Assembly (NCBI GenBank): GCA_041484665.1
Contig: JBGPIA010000011.1
Coordinates: forward strand, 64,001 to 128,000
Reading direction: 5' to 3'
Length of the DNA: 64,000 nucleotides
Source of the DNA: Candidatus Krumholzibacteriia bacterium
GTDB taxonomy: Bacteria > Krumholzibacteriota > Krumholzibacteriia > JAJRXK01
Part shown: positions 8,801-17,035 of the stretch, in pieces
Position numbering within the stretch: position 1 is the first letter of the stretch
Layout of the letters: each line of letters opens with the position of its first letter
Notes under the pieces: model-generated
Databases searched by the model: none
What the model saw: the letters and a program-made list of their open reading frames with translations, nothing else
Told to the model about the DNA's origin: nothing
Made by a program: the position numbers and the translations under genes

Positions 8801-10532
8801 CGCGTGGCGCAATCGAGTACATCCCGGTGCCGAATGGATCCAGTGCCAGGCCCACCGGCCCGGGACTCAGATTCACGTACGAGACCTGATCGACGCTCAG
8901 CAGCGCGGAATCGATCGTCAGGAGCACCGTCGCGAGGTTGGGGTTCTCGCCCAGCGCGTAGACGCGAGCGTGGAGCGGGTCCGAGGTGATCTGGCGGATG
9001 GTCACGCCGCAGTCCACCGCACCCAAGTCCGTCGCGAGTCCGACCCGCGGCTCCACGGCCAACGCCGAGTAGCACGCCTGCGCTTCGCCGAAGCTCCAGG
9101 CGTTGTAGAGCAGCGGCTGGTCGGTGACGACGAAGTCACCGTCGCTGTCATCGCTGGCGGTCTTGTTGAGCAGATCGCGGGCCAGCACTCTGATGCGCGC
9201 GTGCGCGGAGAGCGGGGTCGTCACCAGCCAGCCCAGCTGGCCGGTGTTGGGGGCTCCCAGCGCCAGCGTCTCGGTGAAATTGACGCCGTCGCGGGCGAGA
9301 CTCACGTCGACGGAGGTCACCAGGTTGTCGTCGGTGGCGCCCCACTGGATCGTCTCGTTGCTGCCCACCCTCCAACCCTCGCCGCCGTTGGGCGCAAGCA
9401 CCTGGACCGCGGGGGTGGCCGAATCGTTGAGACGCGCCCAGCGCAGGTTCAAGCTCGTCTGGTCGTAGTAGAGGATATGGGGCGTGCCGGTCGAGGCGCG
9501 GGCGATGGCGCAATTGGCGCCCCGCCCGGCCTGGGTGTCGGCAAATTGCTTGGTCCACACGTAGCCGTCGAAGTACGCGGTCTTGAGTTTGAGGTTGGTT
9601 GCGTCGTAATAGGCGATGCGCGGGTAGCTGGCCGTGTCCAGGCTCAGCGCCGTGGAGTGGCCCACGTCGCCGCTTGCGTCCACCGTCTCCGTCGCCCAAT
9701 GCCCGGCGCCCACGCGCCGGGCGTACCGCAGATCCCGGCTCGCGGCGTCCCAATAACTCACCTGAGGCACCGAGTTCGCACCGACGGCCAGGCTGCAGTA
9801 CTCGCCCATGGGGCTCGCGGCCGTGCCGGCGTCGATCGTCTCGCTGATCCACCCCGCCCCGGGAGGGCGTGTCGCGTACTTCAGGCTTCCATTCGTTGCG
9901 TCGAAGTAGGCGATGACCGGCTGGTTCCCAACCAGGGCGATCGATGCGTACTTGCCGACGCTGCCGGTCGACGCCACGACCTGCGTGGTCCACGGGGGGG
10001 ACGGGCCGCGCGTCGCCAGCTTCAGGTCTGCCGAGCTCGCGTCGTAGTAGGCGATGTACAATGTCCCGCTCGACGCGCGCGCGAGCGAGCAGTACTGCCC
10101 GACATCAACGAGCGGCGGGTCGTCGACGATTTCTCCGGTCCAGGCGCTCCCGCTCCAGGCAAGGGCCAGCAGGCGCTGGTTGGTGGCGTCGTAGTACGCG
10201 ATGGCGGGGAGGCCGCCGGGCGCGACGATCAGCGAGCAGTACTGGCCCACGCTGCCGGTGGTGGCCAGGGGAGCCGTCGTCCAGCGCACGCCATCGTACG
10301 CACCGAAGTAGAGATCGAGGCTGGATCGCACGTGGTAGGCGGCGTAGAGCTGACCGGCGGTGTCGGCCGCCAGGGAAATGCCGCGGCCGGCGTTGCCCGC
10401 CTGGGCCGTAGCATCCAGGAGGGAATTCGACCAGGCCGCACCCGCCGGGTGAGCTGCCGGCAGCACGGCGCTGGCGGACAGCGCCGACAGCAGGAGCTGC
10501 CAAGGGAGTCGTCGGATACGATTCGGCAACAT
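5886..10532 (-). CDS. Large secreted multidomain protein (about 1548 aa), paralog of the 1462-5844 gene, with an N-terminal repeat beta-propeller and an Ig-like PNGGE domain
   Basis: Start moved to MLPNRIRR at 10532, followed by a signal peptide. About 7 repeats of G.Y.S(L/I)A....P.IAYYD....LKYA; VQVLAPNGGEGWRVGS; same lamin-tail, beta-helix and PNPFNP C-terminal part as the neighbour. Confidence 0.85.
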   Translation of the reverse strand: MLPNRIRRLPWQLLLSALSASAVLPAAHPAGAAWSNSLLDATAQAGNAGRGISLAADTAGQLYAAYHVRSSLDLYFGAYDGVRWTTAPLATTGSVGQYCSLIVAPGGLPAIAYYDATNQRLLALAWSGSAWTGEIVDDPPLVDVGQYCSLARASSGTLYIAYYDASSADLKLATRGPSPPWTTQVVASTGSVGKYASIALVGNQPVIAYFDATNGSLKYATRPPGAGWISETIDAGTAASPMGEYCSLAVGANSVPQVSYWDAASRDLRYARRVGAGHWATETVDASGDVGHSTALSLDTASYPRIAYYDATNLKLKTAYFDGYVWTKQFADTQAGRGANCAIARASTGTPHILYYDQTSLNLRWARLNDSATPAVQVLAPNGGEGWRVGSNETIQWGATDDNLVTSVDVSLARDGVNFTETLALGAPNTGQLGWLVTTPLSAHARIRVLARDLLNKTASDDSDGDFVVTDQPLLYNAWSFGEAQACYSALAVEPRVGLATDLGAVDCGVTIRQITSDPLHARVYALGENPNLATVLLTIDSALLSVDQVSYVNLSPGPVGLALDPFGTGMYSIAPRVTGQELVTIDPATGELSSRGVLSFVPPAQGAKITMLAFSPQGVLYGLADVVSNEQTRLYRIDRNTLVATFVGLDASGWYSYNDIGFLGDELWAVIASPPLTTRFDPLTGAALQIVPQALYDRPPRGITQRPCVDASAELSAVDSPHDSGGHIDLDWSAYAPPTGVGHYEILRSTDPCKLADSALPAIAQVAATSPRRFTDATAVSYTAYYFGVRVVSAAKTATLATLYAGPAFAFPNLLINEFAPAGGVPKTTAVGGRSNHPPAGGAAQRATAQGGPAKVGELVEIRNLSTAPLDLTGFRLSNGPGLPSPDEEDLSGVIPAGGLLVHTLQTIDLPNEGGTLLLLPPSGTGLALDIVGYGSQGGAPTVPAGFTVSRVEGTTAADPDADSFEAGSQTFGNTNTVPAPALGQSILLNEVLYTSTGGSDYVELYNPLGSTAVLNQFALSDGVNFLSTLGAGLQLGPGQIKLLQQGALGSFSQNLQANVLYLYKITADNQYQRIDQLGWGGGPAPGAAPADALLRVPDGLAVYLGNHGANWHDCGGGTVLMYGQRTPGEANQEPGVNQVVVDRLGGGDYLTIGAALAAVGAGTRVLVRPGTYPESVALENGVEIAGAGGDPAAVIITGAGVGSIVTANGVDATAVLAGVTLSGRSATQGAGLLVTNASPTIRNVRFERNHANQRGGGAAVTGGTPSFNGCFFYRNSADLDGGAIAVLGGSPTVRSCLFVDNEADGRGGALFGSAGNCLVRHCVLDLNTANGNGAGGVHSAGGFFDVAYTIVTRDQLGAPLQAEGGGLTGHLSFNCGALFQHPVWFNMSAGGMDTSGVLVADPAYCQPLTFNYALDETSPLLAPAGFCAETIGIDGPPCALILTGELPPAAALLTRLYPAAPNPFNPSTVLRFDLARAGRAVLALYDVRGRGVAELLGGERLPAGAHQVAWTGIDASGRPVASGVYYLRLSLDGKPAGEAQRLVLLK

Positions 10533-10746
10533 GGCTCGGGATCGTCCTGCCCGGCGTGGGCGTTTTCGAGGAGAGCTGGGGTTGGGCGGCCCGGGACCAC
10601 GGAGGTCGTCGTATGAGATTCTACCATGTGCCGCAGCCCGGAGCTGGCGCTGTGCCTCTGCCGGGCGGCTCGCGGGGTGCTCTGCGGTCGTGCACCCCTT
10701 GGGACCGGACGCCTGGTCACGGCCGCAGGATCCTGTCCGACACGCG

Positions 10747-10762
10747 TGCGATGCGTGGGCCA
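10747..10762 (-). promoter_or_regulatory. Candidate sigma54 -24/-12 promoter for the large secreted-protein genes
   Basis: Minus strand TGGCCCACGCATCGCA (GG-N10-GC; consensus TGGCAC-N5-TTGCW). Confidence 0.45.
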
Positions 10763-10802
10763 GATGGGGACTTTTGCGGCAATATGTCATCAAGCTGTTT
10801 TC

Positions 10803-10815
10803 TATCAACTGGTTG
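10803..10815 (+). promoter_or_regulatory. IHF-binding consensus site
   Basis: TATCAACTGGTTG matches WATCAANNNNTTR exactly, in an AT-rich patch of the divergent intergenic region. Confidence 0.5.
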
Positions 10816-10916
10816 AGACATCGCTGTGGGCGCCCGCCCGCGCGGTCGTCTCGCAAAATCTGGCGAGCCGGTTCCGCGGGGGCCCCGTGGCGCGCGGCCT
10901 GCGCAGTCGGAAGGAC

Positions 10917-12275
10917 ATGGAAGCACCCACTGCGCGCACGCATCGCCACGCGCGGATCGCCCAGGCGACCGAGCTGCTTGGCCTGATCCTGACCGGGAGG
11001 TTGCCAGCCGACCGGCAGATGGACGCCTACTTCCGCGGCCGCCGTCAGATGGGCTCGCGGGACCGGGCGTTCGCCGCCGAGACGGTCTACGGCTGCCTGC
11101 GCCGGGCGCGCACGCTCGAGCAGATCGTCGGGCCGGCGCCGCTGGGGCCGCTCGCGCCGCGGCCAGCGCCACTGCCCACGCCATCCCCCACTCCATCCCC
11201 CGCGCCGCCGCCCGCGGCGGCTTTGGTCGCGGCGTGGCTCCTGGCCTTCGGGGGCTGGACTGCGGGCGACCTGGCCGAGGCGGGCTTTCCGGGCGATGCG
11301 GACGCGCTCGAGGCCCGCGCGCGCGCGTTCGATCCATCGTCACTTCCGTTCGCGGTGCGCGCCGATCTGCCCGATTGGTTGGCGGAGCGCCTGGTCGCCC
11401 AGTGGGGCGAAGCGGAGGCCCTCGCCCTGGCCGAGGCACTCAACCGCCCCGCAACGCTGGACATCCGGGTCAACGCGCTCAAGACCACGCGCGCCGAGCT
11501 GGCGCGGCGCCTGCGCGCAGACGGCGTCGAGATGGAGCCCACGCCGCTCTCGCCGGCCGGCCTGCGCCGCGCCGAGCGCGCGCCGCTGTTCGCGTCCGCG
11601 AGCTTCAAGGACGGCCTCTTCGAGGTGCAGGACGAGGGGAGCCAGCTCGTGTCGCTGCTGGTGGAGCCGCGTCCCCACGACCGCGTGGCCGACTTCTGCG
11701 CGGGGGCGGGGGGCAAGACGCTCCACCTGGGCTCGCTCATGGGCAATACGGGGGTACTGTACGCGGTCGATGTTTCGCCGCGGCGCCTGGCGGAGATCCG
11801 GCCCCGCCTGCGCCGATCGGGGTTGCAGACGGTGCGTGCCTTCCCCATCGAGCACGAGGGCGACCGCCGGCTCAAGCGCCTGCAGGGCAAGCTCGACCGC
11901 GTCCTGGTCGACGCGCCCTGCTCGGGCACGGGGACACTGCGGCGCAATCCCGACATCAAGTGGCGTCCGGTCGACCTGCCTGGGCTGCAGGAGGAGCAGC
12001 AGCGCATCCTCCAGAGCGCCGCTCGCCTGGTGAAGCCTGGCGGACGTCTGGTGTACGCCACCTGCAGCCTGCTGCGCGAGGAGAACGAGGCCGTGGTCGA
12101 CGCGTTTCTCTCCGAGGCCGCAGGGGCGGGGTTCCGCCGCGTGCACGCCGGGGAGATCCTGCGGAGCGCCGGGATCGTGGCGTCCGATCTTGTGACCTCG
12201 CGCGGCGATCTCTGCCTGCTGCCCCACCGCCACGGAACCGACGGATTCTTCGCGGTGGCGCTCGACCGCGGATAG
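10917..12275 (+). CDS. RsmB/NOP (Fmu/Sun) family RNA m5C methyltransferase
   Basis: FEVQDEGSQ, DFCAGAGGKT, VLVDAPCSGTG, YATCS, TDGFF motifs. ATG at 10917 after GGAAGGA. Confidence 0.92.
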   Translation: MEAPTARTHRHARIAQATELLGLILTGRLPADRQMDAYFRGRRQMGSRDRAFAAETVYGCLRRARTLEQIVGPAPLGPLAPRPAPLPTPSPTPSPAPPPAAALVAAWLLAFGGWTAGDLAEAGFPGDADALEARARAFDPSSLPFAVRADLPDWLAERLVAQWGEAEALALAEALNRPATLDIRVNALKTTRAELARRLRADGVEMEPTPLSPAGLRRAERAPLFASASFKDGLFEVQDEGSQLVSLLVEPRPHDRVADFCAGAGGKTLHLGSLMGNTGVLYAVDVSPRRLAEIRPRLRRSGLQTVRAFPIEHEGDRRLKRLQGKLDRVLVDAPCSGTGTLRRNPDIKWRPVDLPGLQEEQQRILQSAARLVKPGGRLVYATCSLLREENEAVVDAFLSEAAGAGFRRVHAGEILRSAGIVASDLVTSRGDLCLLPHRHGTDGFFAVALDRG

Positions 12276-12388
12276 CGCGGGTGCTAGCCTGCGCCTGGTC
12301 GTTTTCAACGAACATCGCCGGCCCACGCGAGACCGCGCGCGCCCGCGCAGGTGTCTGGGCCAGGTTTCGGTCAGGAGGAACGGAAGTG

Positions 12389-14650
12389 ATGCGTACGCGA
12401 ATCGTGATCGCGGTGCTCGCCGCGCTCGCCTTGGGTTGCGGTCTGGTTTCCTGCGGGAGCGACGATGGCGGCGGCACCCAACCCCGCACCACCGGGACCA
12501 TCTCCGGGTCGGTGCTGGACAACACCAACGCTCAACCCATCGCGGGTGCGACGGCCACCCTGGAGCCTGCCGCGCCCAAGCTCGCCGCGGCGGCGGCCAG
12601 CGTCGTGACCGGGGCCGACGGAAGTTTCCGCTTCAACGACGTCGCCCCCGGCACCTACGACGTGGTGGTCGATGCGCGCACCGTCCTGGTGTCTGCGGGC
12701 AATCCCAACGTCCACTACGCGCTGTTCCGCATCCCCGGCAACGCGGTGACCGCCGGGCAGGACGTGGTGATCTCAAGGCCGGTCTTCATGCCACACATCG
12801 ACGCGACCCAGGCCGCGCAGATCACCGACAACACCGCCGCCAACGTGCAACCCCTGTCGATCCCCGGGCTGTCGCTGCAGCTCGCGGCGGGGGCGACGAC
12901 GTTTCCCGGCGGCGGCAAGAGCGGCGAGCTGTCGATCGTGGAGATCCCCCTCGATCGCGCACCGGTGAGCCTGCCCGCGGGCATGGCCCCCACGTTGCTG
13001 TTCCAGGTCGAGCCCGCAGGGACGACGTTCTCCCCGGCGGCGACGCTGACTCTCCCCAATCGTGAAGCGTTGCCGGCCGGCCGCCACCTGGGCCTGTTGT
13101 CGTTCAACCCCGCGAGCGGGCAATTCGGGCTCAGCGCCCGCGGACTGGTCGCGCAGGATGGCCAGCACATCACTTCGGTGGCGGGCACGGGCACCGGCGG
13201 GATCACGACGGCGTCGTTGCACGCCGCGGTGTGCGACTCGCACGTGGTGAGCGGCTGCGTCAAGGACCAGGGCCAGCAAGCGATCGCTGGAGCGCGCGTG
13301 GAGATCCTCAGCGGCACCAATACCTCCGACGGAGGGCGTCTGGTGGTGACGGGGGCGACCGCGACGACGGACGCCTTGGGCAATTATTCGATTCCCGGGG
13401 TGCGGGTGTGCAACGTCTGGGTGCGTGCGACCCTGGCCAGCGCGTCCGGCTCCGGCGTCGCGCAGACGATCGATGCCATCCAGGTCGACGGCACCGGGCA
13501 GACCCACGTTCCCTGCCTGGTGATGACGGTCCAGACCGGCGTGGTGACCTTCAGCGTGTCCGGCCTGGTCCGCACCACCGGCGGCAGTCCCGTCGTCGGA
13601 GCGACCGTGCAGTTCGAAGGCCGCTCATGCATCACAGCGCGCGCGCCGGGCGCGGACTTACAGCGCGACCTCATTTCCGCCATCACCGACGGCGCAGGTC
13701 ATTACCTCCTCGCGAATGTCACGGGGCAGCCCGGAATCGAGTTCCAGCTGTCGGCGTACCAGGTCGCCAACGGCCTGGTCGGCCGCGGGCGGGGAACCGT
13801 ACCGCCGCTGGCGGAGAACGGGTCCACCCTGAACGGCGACATCACGCTGTGCACCGAGCAACAGGCTTTGAGCGCGTGTCCCACCGGCACCTGGACGCTC
13901 ACCAGCAACCAGCTGCACATCGCTCCCGACGCCGCCGCGCTGGTGTGCGACGCGACGGCCCTGGATGTGCCCGATCCGATCACGCTGCAGAGCCTGACCA
14001 GCGGCGTGCTCACGCTCCTGGTGCAGCAAGACCGCGGATGCGGCCCGACGACGGAGACGAACACCTTCACGCGCGTGAAGGGCACCGGCCCCAGCGGACC
14101 GACGGCCGGCAATCTCCCAGGCATCTACCGCCGTACGGCGGTCGATCCGCCCGACCCCGGGACCAGTGAGATCCTCATCCACCTCGGCTCCAACGGCCAA
14201 CTGGGCGTGATCAGCGACGGCAACCAGACGCTCTTCATCGAGGCGGGGATCTACACTCTCTCTGGCAGCCAGCTCACCACCGAGCCAGCGTTCAATACGA
14301 CCGACCCCCAGCCGACCTCCCAGGTGATCACCGTGACGCTCACAGGCAACAGCCTGCACCTGTTGAACGCCGACATCGACATCACCCTGGAGCGGTGCGC
14401 CCAGACCACGGGAACGGGTGTCCAGGGCTACTGGAGCGGTCTCAACGCCACGGAGGTCACCGTCCTCATGATCGGCGTGGAGGAATACGCCGTGACGAGC
14501 CTCGGCTCGCCATCGCCGGCTGCATCCGCGGCGGTCTGGTCCGGTGCGCGGGCATCCGGTGCGGCCTCGCCCACCGCGGCCTCCTCCGGCAAGCCGCGCG
14601 CGCCGCGGCTGCTGAGGATGCCGTGGGGGCTGGCGGACGCGCTCCGCTAG
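12389..14650 (+). CDS. Lipoprotein with carboxypeptidase-regulatory-like (prealbumin-fold) domains and a ZU5-like segment, 753 aa
   Basis: AGGAGG RBS; lipobox LVS-C; repeated ISG.V.D...P(I/V).GA.V / TD..G.Y motifs; EPAGTTFSPAATLTLPN. Confidence 0.8.
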   Translation: MRTRIVIAVLAALALGCGLVSCGSDDGGGTQPRTTGTISGSVLDNTNAQPIAGATATLEPAAPKLAAAAASVVTGADGSFRFNDVAPGTYDVVVDARTVLVSAGNPNVHYALFRIPGNAVTAGQDVVISRPVFMPHIDATQAAQITDNTAANVQPLSIPGLSLQLAAGATTFPGGGKSGELSIVEIPLDRAPVSLPAGMAPTLLFQVEPAGTTFSPAATLTLPNREALPAGRHLGLLSFNPASGQFGLSARGLVAQDGQHITSVAGTGTGGITTASLHAAVCDSHVVSGCVKDQGQQAIAGARVEILSGTNTSDGGRLVVTGATATTDALGNYSIPGVRVCNVWVRATLASASGSGVAQTIDAIQVDGTGQTHVPCLVMTVQTGVVTFSVSGLVRTTGGSPVVGATVQFEGRSCITARAPGADLQRDLISAITDGAGHYLLANVTGQPGIEFQLSAYQVANGLVGRGRGTVPPLAENGSTLNGDITLCTEQQALSACPTGTWTLTSNQLHIAPDAAALVCDATALDVPDPITLQSLTSGVLTLLVQQDRGCGPTTETNTFTRVKGTGPSGPTAGNLPGIYRRTAVDPPDPGTSEILIHLGSNGQLGVISDGNQTLFIEAGIYTLSGSQLTTEPAFNTTDPQPTSQVITVTLTGNSLHLLNADIDITLERCAQTTGTGVQGYWSGLNATEVTVLMIGVEEYAVTSLGSPSPAASAAVWSGARASGAASPTAASSGKPRAPRLLRMPWGLADALR

Positions 14651-14898
14651 CCGATCGCGCGCAGGTCCCAGGCAGGGGGGGGCGCAGCCGGCGCGTGTTG
14701 GACGTGCGCCGCGAACGCTAGCCAAGCCTGCGACGGGCCTGCTACGCTCTCGCCCGAGGCTGCCGCGACGTGCGCGACGTGCGCGCGGCGCAACGCGCGC
14801 ACCCCGCGCGCCGGCGGCCTCGGGCGAGGCTCCGCCTGCGGCCTTCCCCGGCCGACCACGCAGGCTGTCCTGGCGCACGGCCCGGTCACGGCGAGGTC

Positions 14899-16008
14899 AT
14901 GATGGCGGATCGCCCGACTCCCACCTACTGGGACTACCTCCAGCTCGACCACCTGCTCGACCTGCAGGGCGGTCTCGAGGAGGACGAGGGCCTGCTCATG
15001 CCCGACGAGCTGCACTTCATCATCGTGCACCAGGTCTTCGAGCTGTGGTTCAAGCTGATCCTGCGCGAGCTGCGCCTGGCGCGCGACCATCTGGCAGCGC
15101 CGCGGGTGCCCGAGGAGTCGATCCCCTTCGTCGTGCACCACATGCGCCGCGTGAGCGAGATCCTGGAGCTGGCGGTGGAGCAGTTCCGCGTCATGGAGAC
15201 GCTCACGCCGCAGGATTTCCTCGCGTTTCGCGACAAGCTGACGCCCGCCAGCGGCTTCCAGTCCTACCAGCTGCGCGAGATCGAGATCGTGATGGGGCTG
15301 GGCGAGGAGCAGCGCCCTGACTTCGGCGACGCGCACGCGTTGGATCACATCAAGGAGGTGGCGTCCACCAGCTCCACGGGCCGGATGGCCTGGGCGCGCA
15401 TCGAGCGGGCGCAGCGCGAGGTCACCCTGCGCCAGGCCATGCACGACTGGCTCTACCGCACGCCCATTCAGGGAATCGGGCCCGGCGATCCGGGCGACCC
15501 GGCGGCGGTCGAGCAGTTCCTGGCAGAGTACCTGGCCGCCCACGCGCAACTGCTGCAGCAGCAGGAGGCGCGCCTGCTCGAGTCCGGCACGGGCGAGGCC
15601 GCCGGGTTGCGCGCGCGCTTTGCGCGCAGCGCCGAGCAGGCGCAGGAGTTCCTGCACGCCCTCGACGTGCCGCCGCCGCTGCGCCCGCGCGCGCAGCGCA
15701 TCCGCGCCGGCATCCTGTTCATCGAGTCCTATCGCGAGCTGCCGCTGTTGGCCTGGCCGCGGATCCTGGTGGACACCGCCGTCGAGCTGGACGAGCGGCT
15801 GGTGCTGTGGCGCACGCGCCACGCGCGGATGGTGGAGCGCACGATCGGCCGCCGGATCGGCACGGGCGGCTCCTCGGGCGTGGATTACCTGGATGAGACC
15901 GCGCGGCGGCGGATCTTCCCCGAGCTGTGGACCGTGCGCACGCTGCTCTTGCCGCGGGAGGCTCTGCCGGTCCTGCGGCGGGCGGAGCTGTACGGGTTCG
16001 CGCAGTAG
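14899..16008 (+). CDS. kynA: Tryptophan 2,3-dioxygenase (long form, 369 aa)
   Basis: TYWDYLQLDHLLDLQ, DELHFIIVHQVFELWFK, FRDKLTPASGFQSYQLREIE, WRTRHARMVERTIGRRIGTGGSSGVDYL. Confidence 0.95.
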   Translation: MMADRPTPTYWDYLQLDHLLDLQGGLEEDEGLLMPDELHFIIVHQVFELWFKLILRELRLARDHLAAPRVPEESIPFVVHHMRRVSEILELAVEQFRVMETLTPQDFLAFRDKLTPASGFQSYQLREIEIVMGLGEEQRPDFGDAHALDHIKEVASTSSTGRMAWARIERAQREVTLRQAMHDWLYRTPIQGIGPGDPGDPAAVEQFLAEYLAAHAQLLQQQEARLLESGTGEAAGLRARFARSAEQAQEFLHALDVPPPLRPRAQRIRAGILFIESYRELPLLAWPRILVDTAVELDERLVLWRTRHARMVERTIGRRIGTGGSSGVDYLDETARRRIFPELWTVRTLLLPREALPVLRRAELYGFAQ

Positions 16009-16068
16009 GGCCGCGGGCGCGCGGGTGGACGCGTCGCGCGCCTGGCCGGTGGACTCGCTCTGGGAACT

Positions 16069-16084
16069 TTTACGGCGGATTGAC
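16069..16084 (+). promoter_or_regulatory. TTTAC-N6-TTGAC box upstream of the response regulator (overlaps a TTGACA -35-like hexamer)
   Basis: TTTACggcggaTTGACA. The same motif occurs twice at 18843-18888. Confidence 0.55.
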
Positions 16085-16170
16085 ATAGAGTCCGGGAGCG
16101 CGCAGCTACGCTGGCGGCGCCCTTGCTTGGGGTTGCCGCGGGGACGGCCATGGTCCGCGCGTCGTGACAC

Positions 16171-16854
16171 ATGAACATCCTGGTCGTCGAAGACGAGCCC
16201 GGGCTGCGCGCCGCCCTCGTGGATCTGCTGGGGGGAGCGGGCCACCGCGTTGAAGCCGTGGGGGACGGCGCCGCGGCCGTGGAGCGCGGACAGCAGATCT
16301 CCTTCGACCTCGTTCTGCTGGATCTGATGCTGCCCAAGCTGGGTGGTGTGGAAGTCTGCCGGCGCCTGCGGGCGCTGCGCCCCAGCCTCTACATCCTCAT
16401 GCTCACGGCGCGCGGCGCAGAGCAGGACAAGGTGGAGGGTCTGCGCGCCGGCGCGGACGATTACGTCAGCAAGCCCTTCGGGGCGCGCGAGCTCTTGGCG
16501 CGCATCGAGGCGATGGCCCGCCGCGCGCGGGCCAGCGGCGCGGGCGAGCTCAACGTCCTGGAGGTCGACGGCTGCCACCTCGACCTGGGGCGCTGTCAGG
16601 CGCTGCGCGACGGGCAGTCGGCTACGCTCACTGCGCGCGAGGTAGCGATCCTGCGCTGGCTGTACCAGCATCGGGAGCGCGCGGTCACGCGCGCCGAGCT
16701 CCTGGAGGAGGTGTGGGGCACGCCAGGTGATCTGCAGACCCGCACCGTCGACATGACGATCGCCAACCTGCGCCAGAAGATCGAGCGCGACGCCGGCCAC
16801 CCGCGCATCGTCGTAACGGTCAAGGGCCTCGGCTACGCGTGGGGCGAACGATGA
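16171..16854 (+). CDS. OmpR/PhoB family response regulator
   Basis: ILVVEDE, LLDLMLP, MLTARG, ADDYVSKPF; winged helix RTVDMTIANLRQKIE...TVKGLGY. Confidence 0.95.
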   Translation: MNILVVEDEPGLRAALVDLLGGAGHRVEAVGDGAAAVERGQQISFDLVLLDLMLPKLGGVEVCRRLRALRPSLYILMLTARGAEQDKVEGLRAGADDYVSKPFGARELLARIEAMARRARASGAGELNVLEVDGCHLDLGRCQALRDGQSATLTAREVAILRWLYQHRERAVTRAELLEEVWGTPGDLQTRTVDMTIANLRQKIERDAGHPRIVVTVKGLGYAWGER

Positions 16855-17035
16855 GACTGCGACGCCGTTCCCGCGCATCCCCCCGTTCCCGGATCTCGCT
16901 GCGATCGCGCGCCCTCCCGCCGCGCGCTCTCCGCCCCTCCCGCGCCGTTCTCCGTCGAAACCACCTCTGCCCTCCACGCTCGCTGCGCGACTCCGGCTGC
17001 CTGCGCCGCGAGGCCGGTGGAGGCACGGGCGCGTC

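Noticed and set aside
1462..10532. Diversity-generating retroelement or invertible cassette behind the paralog pair
   Set aside because: No reverse transcriptase or recombinase is present, and the divergence is spread throughout rather than adenine-specific.
10533..12388. Long N-terminal extensions in the ORF track (5886-10949, 10626-12275, 10826-14650)
   Set aside because: They overlap one another and are Arg/Pro-rich; internal ATGs followed by signal peptides or preceded by RBS sequences are better starts.
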